A stretch of 64,000 nucleotides of DNA, from contig OZ024740.1 in assembly GCA_964016885.1 (NCBI GenBank), forward strand, positions 132,432,001-132,496,000, given 5' to 3'. Below are positions 27,046-38,216 of the stretch, in pieces. Made by a program: the position numbers and the translations under genes. The stretch is from Eledone cirrhosa. Its lineage: Eukaryota. Position 1 is the stretch's first letter. The number at the start of each line of letters is the position of its first letter. The notes below the pieces were generated by a model. That model was not told the DNA's origin. It ran no database searches and saw only the letters and a program-made list of their open reading frames with translations.

Positions 27046-28155
27046 TTTTCGTTATTAACCACAAGGGTTTACATAAAGTAGACATTAAGGACAGTACAGG
27101 ACAATACAGGACGGTACAAATGGGCATTTCTGCGTGTAAAAAAAACAGAGGATGAAATAGAATAACAAAGAAAAATTCCTCAATAGGGGGGAGACTTCCG
27201 AGGGACATTTGTGGAGAAAGCCCATTAAAAGACCACAGTGGCCCTGACCACCAGGGAAAGTGCCCTCTCCCAGTTTTCCACCTTTAATTTACAGATATAT
27301 ACTCAGAGAAGGCCCATTCATTCGGGCTATACTTGCTTCTCTCACCCATCTTTCAACAAAATGCTGGGAAGAGAGCACTTCCCTCTCTACCCTGATTTTC
27401 CTTTACAGATCAAATTTGAAAAAGTTAATCAGGGCATCACCGAAGAGGTAAGTGCTCGTCTTCAGCCCTTTCAAACGTGTCCACCATACTATCTCTTTCG
27501 CCATGGCCACCAGACAGATAAAATCTGCCTGCCTTTCCCGGCTAAAGGAAGGGGGCGGAGAAATCCTCACGATGGACTCAGCTGATAGCTGGATCCGTCC
27601 TACACGTGACAGCAGGTGTTCGACATAAACCCACAAGTCAGCAATGCTCGGACACTGGACGAGTGCGTGCAGGACGGTTTCGTCGCCCTGCGCGCATCTC
27701 GGACATGCCCGGCTGACGGCACCTCCATGCCTGTAGAGTTTATCCCGAACTGGTAAAGCTCCTCGGTAGCACTGCCAGGCCAGGGATTTCTGGAAGTTGT
27801 CCATAGGCCCCGGCCCGAAAGTCCTTCCGAAGATTGGCTAGTTGATTTTCGTCGACGCCTAGAGTTTATCCAAGTACGTCGTCGCTCTTCCCCTCTACTA
27901 ATCCCCTATAGAACGCCAAGGTGGAGTTTCCACCGATCACATTGCCCGATTGGTCGAGGGCTGTGAGCGCCTGAAGACATTCCAGTCTCCAAGCGCTCCC
28001 TCTCGGTCTTCGCTTGACCCAGGACTGCAGCTCCGTCAAGGAGACGAGCTGGGGAAAAACGTGTCTAGCAAACGGCGACCACACCTGATCACCGTCGAGG
28101 AAGAGGTGGAGATGTCGTAGCCTGAGCGCGTGTGTGCGCATCATCAGCCACGGCA

Positions 28156-30699
28156 TCAACCACGTAGCGGGTGTTGACAGCAGATGGACCGCCTGACCAT
28201 CGGAGCGCGTCCCTTCCACAAGAAGCGAAAGTGCAAACGCTCCAGCGCAGTCAGGCGGGGCTTAGGACAAGGTACGACGGTCAGGCGGTAGTAGATGACG
28301 GATGCGATGTACGCATTCGCCACCTCCGCTCGACCTTTCAGGGATAGCTTCCTCTCGGCCCATTTCTGGGTGAGAGAAGCCACCCTGCTCGTCACCTCGT
28401 CCCAGTTTTTGTCCGTCTGGAGGTCTGGACCGAACCAGACCCCTAGCAATTTAACCGGTCCGTCCGTCCAGCGCCCGACGACGCTGTTGGACGGCATGGA
28501 CCTGCCTCTCCAGGTGCCGAGCTGCAGGCCCACTGACTTTTCCTGGTTGATCATTGTTCCTGTCACCGCTTCGTATTCTCTTAGTGTAGTGCCGATCGCC
28601 TCGATGTGTTTGGCGTTCGACACCACTACGGTGACATCGTCGGCATATGCTGACACGGATCTTCCGCATCCTAGTTCGCGCGGGACCCCCCTCAACGTCT
28701 CCAGTTTGTGCAGTAATGACTCGAGAGTCAATACGTACAGTAGGGACGAGAGGGGACATCCTTGGCGGACCGAGCGCATGATGTTGAACGGTTCCGAAAG
28801 GTGACCGTTCACTCTCACTACAGAGCAGATGTCGCTGTGCATGGCAGCGATCCAGCCTCTGAAGACGGGCCCAAAGCCAACCGCCCTCAGGACTGCCGCT
28901 AGGTAACGATGGTCGACCCTATCGAAGGCTTTCGACTGATCTAAATTGATCAAAGACCCACCCGTGCCAGGTTCCCTAGCTACCCTCTCTACGATGTATC
29001 GCATGAGGTGGAGGTTGTCGTGGATGGATCTGTCGGGAATGGCGCATGTCTGTGCCTCTACCACCAGACTACCAACGACAAGCGCCAACCTCTTTGCTAG
29101 CACCTTGGCCAAAATCTTGAACTCTGTGTTTAGCAGAGTTATGGGCCTAAAATTATCTATGTTATCCCCCTTGTTCGGATCCTTTCTCAGCAGCGCCACC
29201 GCTCCTCGGCTCACAGAGCTGGGAATTCTCCCGTTCTGTTGCCAGTTGCAGTAGACGTCCGCCAAGAGGCCTCCGAACAAGTTTGGCATTTGTACGTAAA
29301 GTTCATAGGGCAGACCATCCAAACCAGGCGATTTACCCCTTGTGCAACTAGTCATTGCATCCCGTACTTCAGCGGTTGTTATCGGCTTTTCGCCACATTC
29401 CGCCTCAGTGGCCGAAAGCCGCGGCAGTCCGTCGAGGTAGACACTAAAGTCCATCCCTCGATCCGGCCCCCCACTGCCCCCGAACAGTTGAGCGAAGTGT
29501 CGCTGAAAAGCTTCACACATTTGCCCGGGATCGAGTAGCATGCGCCCGTCGTGGTCCACCAAAGACCGGATCGTGGCTTTGTTGCCACGACGCGCCTCCG
29601 CCACTCGGGCCCATTGAACGGCTTTCGTCCCCTTGTGTCTGAGAGCACGCACCCTAGCTCTGACAACGCAGCCTTCGTGCTTTGCATTGAAGAATTGGTC
29701 AAGGGCCAATTTCGCCGCAAGTACGTCGGTCGCGATGCCTTTGCTAAGCACCTCATCTAATTTTCTAACTAATTCTCCCTCTGCTCTATTTTTCTCTATT
29801 GCTAAAGTCTTACTAAACCTAATGGACTCTATTCTAATTGCTCTTTTCAGAGCAAACCACCACTTGTTGTTGACGATGGCCCCCGTCAACGCCCGCTTAA
29901 CTAGTTCGCTAATCCGGTCTCTGTAGGCCTTGCGCGCTGGTAAGGACGCGTTTAGCTTCCAGTAGCCGGGTCCTTGTCTATGAAGCCTATCTAAGTCAAG
30001 CACACAGATCACGAATTTGTGGTCCGTGTAGCTGACTATCTTGAATGGTGGACAGCCTATGCTAGACCTATCTATTTCCCTACAAAATACTCTATCTAGA
30101 TATGATCTGGATGACCCTATGCGATTTGTCCAAGTCCACATTGGTACATTCGGGAAATCCATTCGGTACCTCTCAGACAGTTCAAAACGTCTGAGCAGGT
30201 TGGTGAGACTCTTGCACCCTCCTTCCCTATCCACTAATCCCACACAATCCCAGCGTGCATCTAAGATCCCGTTCCAGTCGCCCACTAACACTAAAGAGCG
30301 GGACGTTCCAAGAAAGGTCTCCAGACGCCGGAAGAAATCAGACCGCCCTGCTCCTGTCGGGGCATAGACGGCCACTAGCCTGAAAGCTTGCCCGTCTCCA
30401 CTGGTCACGTCCAGCACCACCAGCTTACCCTCTGGGTCCAGGAAGATGGCCCGTATGGCAAGATCCAAACCTCTCCGAAAAAGCACAGCAGCTCCTCCCC
30501 CCGATCCCGGACGGCTGGGAGATGCGTACACATCGTAGCTGCCGAAGATCGGTGCGAAAGCCTGTGCTTCGGAGATTCTGGTCTCGCTGATGGCCACTAC
30601 ATCTATGTTTAGTGACCTGAGGTCGTTGAGCAGGTGGCCCTGCTTCCATGACGACCCCAAGCCACTCGCATTTATGCTGCCTATTCTGAGTGAGGTCAT
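28156..30699 (-). CDS. Tx1 ORF2: APE endonuclease plus reverse transcriptase (847 aa open; C-terminus frameshifted, continuing to about 27240)
   Basis: SETR, VYAP, VGDWN, LDRVF, TDH; KSPGLDG, NFRPITLLN, DQSKAFDRV, RQGCPLS, YADD. The C-terminal zinc finger CPRC..DETVLHALVQC lies in 27403-27804 in another frame. Confidence 0.92.
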   Translation of the reverse strand: MTSLRIGSINASGLGSSWKQGHLLNDLRSLNIDVVAISETRISEAQAFAPIFGSYDVYASPSRPGSGGGAAVLFRRGLDLAIRAIFLDPEGKLVVLDVTSGDGQAFRLVAVYAPTGAGRSDFFRRLETFLGTSRSLVLVGDWNGILDARWDCVGLVDREGGCKSLTNLLRRFELSERYRMDFPNVPMWTWTNRIGSSRSYLDRVFCREIDRSSIGCPPFKIVSYTDHKFVICVLDLDRLHRQGPGYWKLNASLPARKAYRDRISELVKRALTGAIVNNKWWFALKRAIRIESIRFSKTLAIEKNRAEGELVRKLDEVLSKGIATDVLAAKLALDQFFNAKHEGCVVRARVRALRHKGTKAVQWARVAEARRGNKATIRSLVDHDGRMLLDPGQMCEAFQRHFAQLFGGSGGPDRGMDFSVYLDGLPRLSATEAECGEKPITTAEVRDAMTSCTRGKSPGLDGLPYELYVQMPNLFGGLLADVYCNWQQNGRIPSSVSRGAVALLRKDPNKGDNIDNFRPITLLNTEFKILAKVLAKRLALVVGSLVVEAQTCAIPDRSIHDNLHLMRYIVERVAREPGTGGSLINLDQSKAFDRVDHRYLAAVLRAVGFGPVFRGWIAAMHSDICSVVRVNGHLSEPFNIMRSVRQGCPLSSLLYVLTLESLLHKLETLRGVPRELGCGRSVSAYADDVTVVVSNAKHIEAIGTTLREYEAVTGTMINQEKSVGLQLGTWRGRSMPSNSVVGRWTDGPVKLLGVWFGPDLQTDKNWDEVTSRVASLTQKWAERKLSLKGRAEVANAYIASVIYYRLTVVPCPKPRLTALERLHFRFLWKGRAPMVRRSICCQHPLRG

Positions 30700-30733
30700 G
30701 TTGAAAAGGAGTGGAAAAGATGGGAAAGACCAC

Positions 30734-32692
30734 TTACCTTACTTCTCGTAGGGGAAGGACGGTTTTTCCATCCTTTTTACTGCTTGTGGCCTCCTCAGAA
30801 AGGATGTCCTTATAAATCCTCCTGGAGAGTGCTTGTCGGAAGTCTCCGATGTCTTTGGGGAATTTTTGTTTCAGTGTCATGTACGTTTTCTGTGTGATGC
30901 GAGTGATTTGTATGTGTGGAGGTGGTGTGAATTTTGGGGTTGTTGTGTAGTCTTTTTCTGTGATGCTGGTGTTGTGTTGGATGTAGTGTAATAATTGCTT
31001 GTTGTTCAAATTTAATGCTGTGTAGTGTGTATCGTTTTGGTTGTTTTGTTTTGTTTGCGTTTGTTGTGGGTTTGTTTCTGTTTCGCATTTTGGTGACTTT
31101 TGTGGTGTAGGTGATGGTGGTGTTGGGGTTAATGATGGTGATGGTCTTGGTGTTTGGGTTGATGGGGTTGGTGATGCTGGTGTGGATGGTGGCATATCTG
31201 TCCTAACTTTTTTGTTTCTTAATTTATTTGTTTCCCTCTGTATTTTGTTTTTGGAGGGGGAAGGAAGAGAATTTTTTCTTTTTTGGTTTCTTTTTTTTTT
31301 TCCGGATATCGTTTCCCACTCCTCGTCGTCACAACCTGTCTCCAGTTGTGATAGGCCGGGGAGTGGAAAATCCTCCACAGCCGTTAGTTTTGGTTGTGGC
31401 GTGGTGGATGGTGTAGGCGCTGGTGCTAGTTCTGAAGCGTTGGGTGGTGGTGGCGTTGGTTTTGCTGGTAGTGGTAGTGGTGTTGGTTTTGCTACTGTTG
31501 CTGGGGTTGTTGCTGTTATAGTTGCTTCTGTTGTTGCTGCTACAGTTGTTGCTGCGATCTCTGCTACTGGTGGTGTTGATGGTTGTGTCACTGGGGTGGG
31601 TAGGAGAGGTGGTCTCAACCTTTTAGCCTGAGGGCAGAAAGCCCTTAGGTGGGTTCCTTCACCACAAACGACACACCTAGGTCTTCTGCTCTCGACAATT
31701 ACCGTGAGGTGGCTGCCGTCAGTGAGGTCTATTACCTCTGGGATCTCCTCAATGCTTTTTTGGTCCGCTTGGATCAGGAGCTCCATCCCAGATCCGGACC
31801 AGTTTTCCTGCTTTTCTTTTGCTATTGCTATTATTTTCGTGTTGGCTTCGATGCCTGCGAGGACAGCCGCTATTAGCCAGGGAATTTCGATGGCCGGTGG
31901 AACGTGGGTCACCCTGATCTTTACGAGTCTCTGGCCACAATAGCTTGGGACGAGTGTGAAGTCGTCACTTTTTAATGGGGCCATGGAGTGTTCTCTAGCC
32001 TCCTCTGGTGTTTCAAAGAACACATCCACGGTTCCATACTTTTGCCCACGTCTAATGTGGGTTTTTCTTGCCCACACATGTCCCAAAGCTTTTTGGATTT
32101 GGGACTCGGATGCCCGTTCCACTCGGCGTGATTTTACATTTATTGTTCTATACGACACGGTGCTTAGGCGCCGATGCTCCATTTTATTAGGTGGGGGGTG
32201 AGGCTGACCCTGTACCCATCTTTCTTTACCATTTGTTTGGCATTTTCTAAATCTTCCTGAGTTACCGTAAATTCTTCGAATTGTTTTGCTACTCTGGCGA
32301 AACTGAGGGGGGGGGGTTATAATGTCATTGTTGTTGTTGTTGCTATCGTTAATATTAATTTTAGTTTCAGTGGTGGTGGTGGTGACGTCAGTCGTCTTTG
32401 GTGGGGAAGAGTCCATTTTGCTTGATTTCATTTCGACATCACGAGTTAATTTATTTTTTTCTTCTTTTGTTTCTGTTGTCGCGCTGGTGGTGGTGGTGGA
32501 GGCTTTAACACCTGCAGTCATTGGTAATGGCGGGAAATGAATGTCTGCCTGTGACAAATTTAAAATATTGCTACTGCTTATATTTTTTTTTGTGTTGGCA
32601 AACGTAGTAACATTTACAATGGTGGTGTCGGTGTGAGGTGTTATTTTGTGAGGAAGGTTTTCAGCTGCTTCGTGCAGAGGTGAAGTAGCCAT
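30734..32692 (-). CDS. Tx1 ORF1 (652 aa), nucleic-acid chaperone with a CCHC zinc knuckle
   Basis: Intact ORF. RRM-like middle region, then CVVCGEGTHLRAFC (C-x2-C-x4-H-x4-C), a P/T-rich linker and a basic WETISGKKKR motif. Confidence 0.85.
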   Translation of the reverse strand: MATSPLHEAAENLPHKITPHTDTTIVNVTTFANTKKNISSSNILNLSQADIHFPPLPMTAGVKASTTTTSATTETKEEKNKLTRDVEMKSSKMDSSPPKTTDVTTTTTETKININDSNNNNNDIITPPPQFRQSSKTIRRIYGNSGRFRKCQTNGKERWVQGQPHPPPNKMEHRRLSTVSYRTINVKSRRVERASESQIQKALGHVWARKTHIRRGQKYGTVDVFFETPEEAREHSMAPLKSDDFTLVPSYCGQRLVKIRVTHVPPAIEIPWLIAAVLAGIEANTKIIAIAKEKQENWSGSGMELLIQADQKSIEEIPEVIDLTDGSHLTVIVESRRPRCVVCGEGTHLRAFCPQAKRLRPPLLPTPVTQPSTPPVAEIAATTVAATTEATITATTPATVAKPTPLPLPAKPTPPPPNASELAPAPTPSTTPQPKLTAVEDFPLPGLSQLETGCDDEEWETISGKKKRNQKRKNSLPSPSKNKIQRETNKLRNKKVRTDMPPSTPASPTPSTQTPRPSPSLTPTPPSPTPQKSPKCETETNPQQTQTKQNNQNDTHYTALNLNNKQLLHYIQHNTSITEKDYTTTPKFTPPPHIQITRITQKTYMTLKQKFPKDIGDFRQALSRRIYKDILSEEATSSKKDGKTVLPLREVR

Positions 32693-33639
32693 TTTTTTTC
32701 AAAGAAATTGTTTGATAATAATAAAAGTTAAAATTTTGGGCACATGGCCCCAATCTTTTTGGCTGTCCTTTTCGGAAAACAATGTATGTGCGCTTATAAA
32801 CAGTTAACAATAAAATTTTCCATAAATGACAATTTTTAACAAACGGAAATAACAAACCTTTGCGGAGCTCAAGATGATACGATTTACTACGTAGGTCGCC
32901 AATAATAATAATAATAATAAGGGAAGAAAACGCACAGTGTAGATATATATCGTTATGAAATTGCTCCCGTAAATTTTTGATTTTTATTTATTTAAAACAA
33001 CTGTGATAGAATAATTCTTATTACAAATGAAGTATAAGATTACAGTATTAACGCTCAGCAAGCGATAACGCATCACTGTACGCCATAGGACCCCCATATT
33101 TAATATTTAATTTTGGATCAGAAATGTTATAGTCGAAAAAGAGAAAATGGCTAAGTGGACAGACAGGCAAATAATTTCACCACCAACACCACCACCGCCA
33201 CCATCACCACTACCACGCCAAAAACTCTAGTCAAGTTACCTCAACTTCTATTTCTACTTCAACTACAGTACTACGATCACATAACCACCACCACTGCCTC
33301 ATTAACGCTACCGCCACTATTCTCTCCCACTACCTCCTGCTAAGACATGCATCGTAGTGTCCCCACTAAAAGAGGAAGGCATCAAAAGATATAAATAGAC
33401 TGATTTGATGACCCGGTCAAAAAATAAAAAAACAAAAGTCAAAATCAAAAGAGCACAGCAACAACGAAAAACGTAAAGAAAAGAAAAACGAAAGGAAAAA
33501 CAGACAGATAGAGGGGGAAAAAAAAACAAAAAAAACAAACTAAGTCAGACATTCAAACATTACATTACAATGAAACTTATGTTTATTCTTTTGGGTTTTT
33601 TTTTTACCTGTTTGTTTGTTTATTTATTTATGTTCATCT

Positions 33640-34441
33640 ACAGCGTGATAGTGCCACACTAGAATTACCGGGGGTGATGAAATCACCGGTGGTTATGTAA
33701 CCATACATTCACCAATCCTCGATAAGAGTGTTTAAATGTCGATCCTAATCAGTTCGAATAACGGTGAAGTGGAGACTGGAATGTCATGCGACAGACTCTC
33801 ACCCAGCAGGTGCTCCATGGCTCAGCAGCAGGGACCTGGCTGTCAACCAAATACTGCTGGTGTCGGAGGAAGAAGAAGAAGGAAAACCAACTGGACGAAA
33901 GAATTGAATAGAACTGCTATGCAATGTTACCTGAATAGTAACCCCAAGGAGAAAGGCTATAAGAAACGGATGCATAACATCTGGAACGAGATTGGTCTAT
34001 TTAAATTAGATGAACAAAAATTGGTCGGGCAGGCTCGGGTAATAAGAACTAATGGGTGGATAAGCGAACTGGAACTGGAGGAACTGAGCTGAGAGATTAG
34101 GTTGGAAAGGGAGAGTGGGGTATGCCAGGCAAACGAGTCAGTGGGAAATGAAGGTGAAGAGGTTGAGAGAACGGAGGAACCATCCGAAGCAGACAATGAT
34201 CTGAATGCTGAAATAAATAATACCTGGAACAAAGATACGGCCATTGAGGAGATGAATGCTGACGGGCTAGAACAAGATTTCGTCGATATCCTAAACTTAG
34301 TGGTAGATGAATTGAACAATGATAGTGGGAACAGCAAGATCCCTCCGATACATCCTGAATATCTGAGACTGCAGGTAGTGGCTTGATATTCATTTCAACA
34401 AACTTTCCAGTTAACTAACATCAATGATTGAGACTCAAAGA
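33640..34441 (+). mobile_element. Internally deleted (bipartite) R4/Dong-like element: N-terminal ORF region joined to the 3' end
   Basis: N-terminal motif RRKTNWTKELN..M.CY..S.P...GY.KRM..IW...EQ.L..QAR.I...W..ELELEEL, then at about 34326 a jump to sequence matching 26743-26860. 5' boundary approximate. Confidence 0.8.
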
Positions 34442-34454
34442 ACAATAATAATAA

Positions 34455-34533
34455 TTGTTTCTACTTTAGGCATAAGGCAAGCAAATACCCAGTGCATTAC
34501 TGGTACTTTATTTTATTGACCCTGTAAGGATGA
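34455..34533 (-). mobile_element. SINE 3' fragment
   Basis: TGTTTCTACTTTAGGCATAAGGC...CTGGTACTTTATTTTATTGACCCTGTAAGGATGAA, homologous to 26894-26975. Confidence 0.72.
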
Positions 34534-34659
34534 ACAATAAATAATAATAATAATGATACTAATAAATAACAATAATAATAATAATAATGATACTACTGCT
34601 GCTGCTGCTGCAACCGTTACTAGTATTACGACTACCTCTCCAATTACTGATGAAGCAGT

Positions 34660-35411
34660 TACATCCTTCTGTCCTCCCCTTCATCTCAAACCACCTACAA
34701 AAACCTGGACTGGACGCATCTAGTTTCCCATCAGAACTGGAGTCATCAGACCTCAGGTGCCCTGGAGTAAATTCCTTCCTCTCATTTGAAGGAGGTAAAT
34801 CCTTCATCTACGATGCTACATCCTGCGATACATTCTTCTCCTGCATAGTAGTCGCTTACATAGTAGTCGGCCACAAACTCCAGTACTGCGGTCTGCAAAG
34901 CAGAGCACAAGTAGACAAGCAAATGCCGGGGATTTTTCCGCTCGCTTCATCTTCGCATCTCTTGACTGCAAGACCTTGGGTGTCCTGAGACCCCGTACCG
35001 CTGAGCTCCTCTGTAAAATCGGAACCGTAGCAGCCTTTCTGATAAAGAAGCTCCACGAGGTGGGTTGGTGGTTGCAGCGAGTGTAGCTGGCCTATGTCCG
35101 CAATAATGCGCATTCAGTTTTGTCTGCGAAGTGGAGCCCTAGACATTGAGCCTATCATCCTCTCTCCTACCACCCCCTTTCATCCGTGGCCTAATAGTCC
35201 TTACTTTTTCCTTCCTCGTCTTCATATTTATGACATTTATAGCCATTTCCTCTAAATTCTATTACAGCCGGATTTACCTTTCGTTACACCTTCCTCCCAC
35301 TGTTCATTTGTCAAGTTTGATTTATCTTCATGTTCATATCACGATCATTGTATAGTTAACTTTTGTAAAATATATTTGACATGATATGTTTATAATTGAT
35401 TAAATAAAAAA
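34660..35411 (+). pseudogene. Degraded 3' end of a CRE-like RLE retrotransposon
   Basis: SSDLRCPGVNSFLSFEGGKSFIYDATSCDTF resembles the (K/R)RPDG..PW..GKxLxWDATCxDT nuclease motif; later KTLGVL and LQRVxLAYVRNNA. AT-rich 3' region ending in AATAAA-A. Confidence 0.6.
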
Positions 35412-37569
35412 TGTAATATTTCTCAAAAAAATTGAATTAGTTTCTACAATAAATCAGCTAGTTTAATACTGTGGTGTTGGTAATGTACACCCGACGGTTT
35501 CAACTAAGAGTATTCCATTTACTCGATGGAATTTAATATACAAGTGGCGCAGCATTCTGCAGAGGCGTGCATCAATAACATGATTCTCAGTGACATCAAA
35601 TGTTGCAAGGCTAGCCTTTAACATTAGAGATACAACTCTTTTACTATCCGAGTGTACTGGAACAACGTGGGCCGCAGGGAATGGAAATTATAGTCTTAAG
35701 TTCGTGAGCTGTTCAAGCTATACATAATTCCATAAATGACAAGAATATTTTTTATACAAAGCAGTATTTCATTTGTTTTTTTTATATGAATAATGCTGCT
35801 CTCGGATCAATTTTAGTGTTATGTGTGGAAATTTACTATTTGCTGATTATTTCAAGGCATCTTTAATCAATTTTTTTCTAATTATACGAAATTTGTGTTT
35901 ATTCGAACTGAGAGACATCCATTGGACACATCATGGTATAAACCTATTTTCAAGAGGCAGAATATGTTACTGAATATTTCTGTATGAAAATGATTTATTA
36001 TAGAATAGGTGGGACATTCTGCAGTAGATTGTGCTGATATGATATCCTTGAAGCTTGTACTTACCGAACTATCTATGAATAACAATCTAGCAAATCTAGT
36101 GTAAATCAAGATCATTTCTATAAACCCTTCCGCACTTTTCCTTCTGCACATTGAATAATGTCCAACTGTCACATCCATCAGGTTACACACCATATAAGCA
36201 CCTAGTAAAATGAGAAACTGAAACATCCACAAACTATGCTTTATGAGCTAAACATACAATATAATGTTTTGTTTTTTAATATGATAAGTACCAATATTAT
36301 ACGACTTAATATACGATATGCAATTTAATTTATTGGATAGGCATTAAGAACAAAACATATTCTCTGATGGGAATTTCCAGATGTGAAATATATTCTCAAC
36401 AATTTTTAAGAATGATGCTCACACAGGTTATGCCTGAAAGTAATCGCTAAACGTACTAGATATGGAAACAGAATCTACGTGAGCTTACGACATCAGCGCA
36501 TCAACGTAATCAAGTAATTCAGTGGATAATGTAGTATTAATTATCTTTGAAGGCTTATCATCATATATGTACTGTATTTGGGTCGATTTAGAGGTAAACA
36601 GATAACATTACATTTCTCGTGAACCGTTGCTGAAATGTTTACAAGGTAGTTCCTTCTCTTAGATATAGCTAAGAGTACTCCTTTAAAACACGTTCCATTG
36701 AAGGTCAGAATGCCTTTGGTCATATGACTATAAGACCCAGGCTTACAAGAGATTTAAAGCAAATTTGACTAAGAAGGAATAATATGTAGTATGCGTTGTC
36801 TAAACTCTCAATACTAACAGAAGCAAGAACCATAAACGTATATAATCAATCAATGCTTTGAGACAATTATTACTTTCAAATATAACAGATCGTTATTACT
36901 CTTAAATTGGTTATGGCCGTTAACATATGTAGATACTGGTTTTGTACAAACATTTCAATAACATACCAGGGGATAAAAGAAAAAGAAAATATGAAGAAAG
37001 AGGAATATTAATCTAATATAGAATTTCATCAAAATACATATCTGATATACTTTTCTAAACTTACAAATTCAGGCAGCAAAATCGAATCTCGATATTCAGC
37101 ATAAATATCAAACGAATAACCATATATCAAATATTATCGCTATCTTAAGTAGCATGCATTATTGCTACTAGTAATATAATTTTATGTTAGAAAAACCATG
37201 ATTTGTTATAAAGGAGATATTTTCGTATATCTTCCAAAATAGTTTAATTTAATTTTTTTTCTTAAATTCAATGGTGTAAAAACTGATACAAAACTGTAAA
37301 AGAGGAACAATAAGTAGAAATAACAAATATAAAAGATTGTAATAGAACATAAATTCTTCAGTCAGTGAAAACAATGATGCACTATAAAATAATGAAATTC
37401 GAAACGCACAGCAATAAATATGCTCCGTATATGTAGAATGCCTCCTAGCTTATCTGCGAAACTATCAATAAGCATGGATACATATTTTGCAAGCCGATCA
37501 GAAATAAGTTAAATAATATATGTATATGCCTGTATAAACATACACACACACACGCGTACACACACACAT

Positions 37570-37608
<39 letters not shown>

Positions 37609-37977
37609 GTGAATGTGCGTGTATACGAGTGTATTTCTGCATGTATATCGTGTAGGAGGTGCAATGTTTAGAAACATTTTCCTATTTATTTACGCATTAC
37701 TTCGACTTTTACGTATGTTTATATTTGTTTTTTGATATATTTTTACATTTCGTTATCTAAAAATCTTACGATGTATAGTTTGCTTTATACTGATGGATAT
37801 TCTGTTCAAAAGATGTTTACTCCTTTTGTCTTATCCTAAATCTTATTAACTGCCGACCATTGCAATAAATCCACTGTGGTATGTATTTTAGATTTCATCG
37901 ATATTATGATTCCTTTCACAATGTCTCGTCTCCTCTCCATTTCATTTTAAAATATGTACAAACACACACACACAGAC

Positions 37978-38039
<62 letters not shown>

Positions 38040-38050
38040 ATAAGAAAGAA

Positions 38051-38086
<36 letters not shown>

Positions 38087-38181
38087 GGGGGGGAGGGTAG
38101 TGAGCATATATTTCTATTATATATATCTACGTATGTTGCATCGATATGCGTATCTATCTATCTATGTATGTATATATATAC

Positions 38182-38216
<35 letters not shown>

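Larger units (their letters stand above)
27045..32900 (-). mobile_element. Near full-length Tx1/L1-clade LINE (5.86 kb) inserted in (AAT)n
   Basis: Two ORFs with UTRs; (AAT)n at 27012-27044 and 32901-32919. Confidence 0.92.

Noticed and set aside
25081-31631. Long antisense ORFs over the Dong and Tx1 elements (e.g. 25081-25689, 28295-28804, 31041-31631)
   Set aside because: Shadow frames of retrotransposon ORFs with no independent coding evidence.
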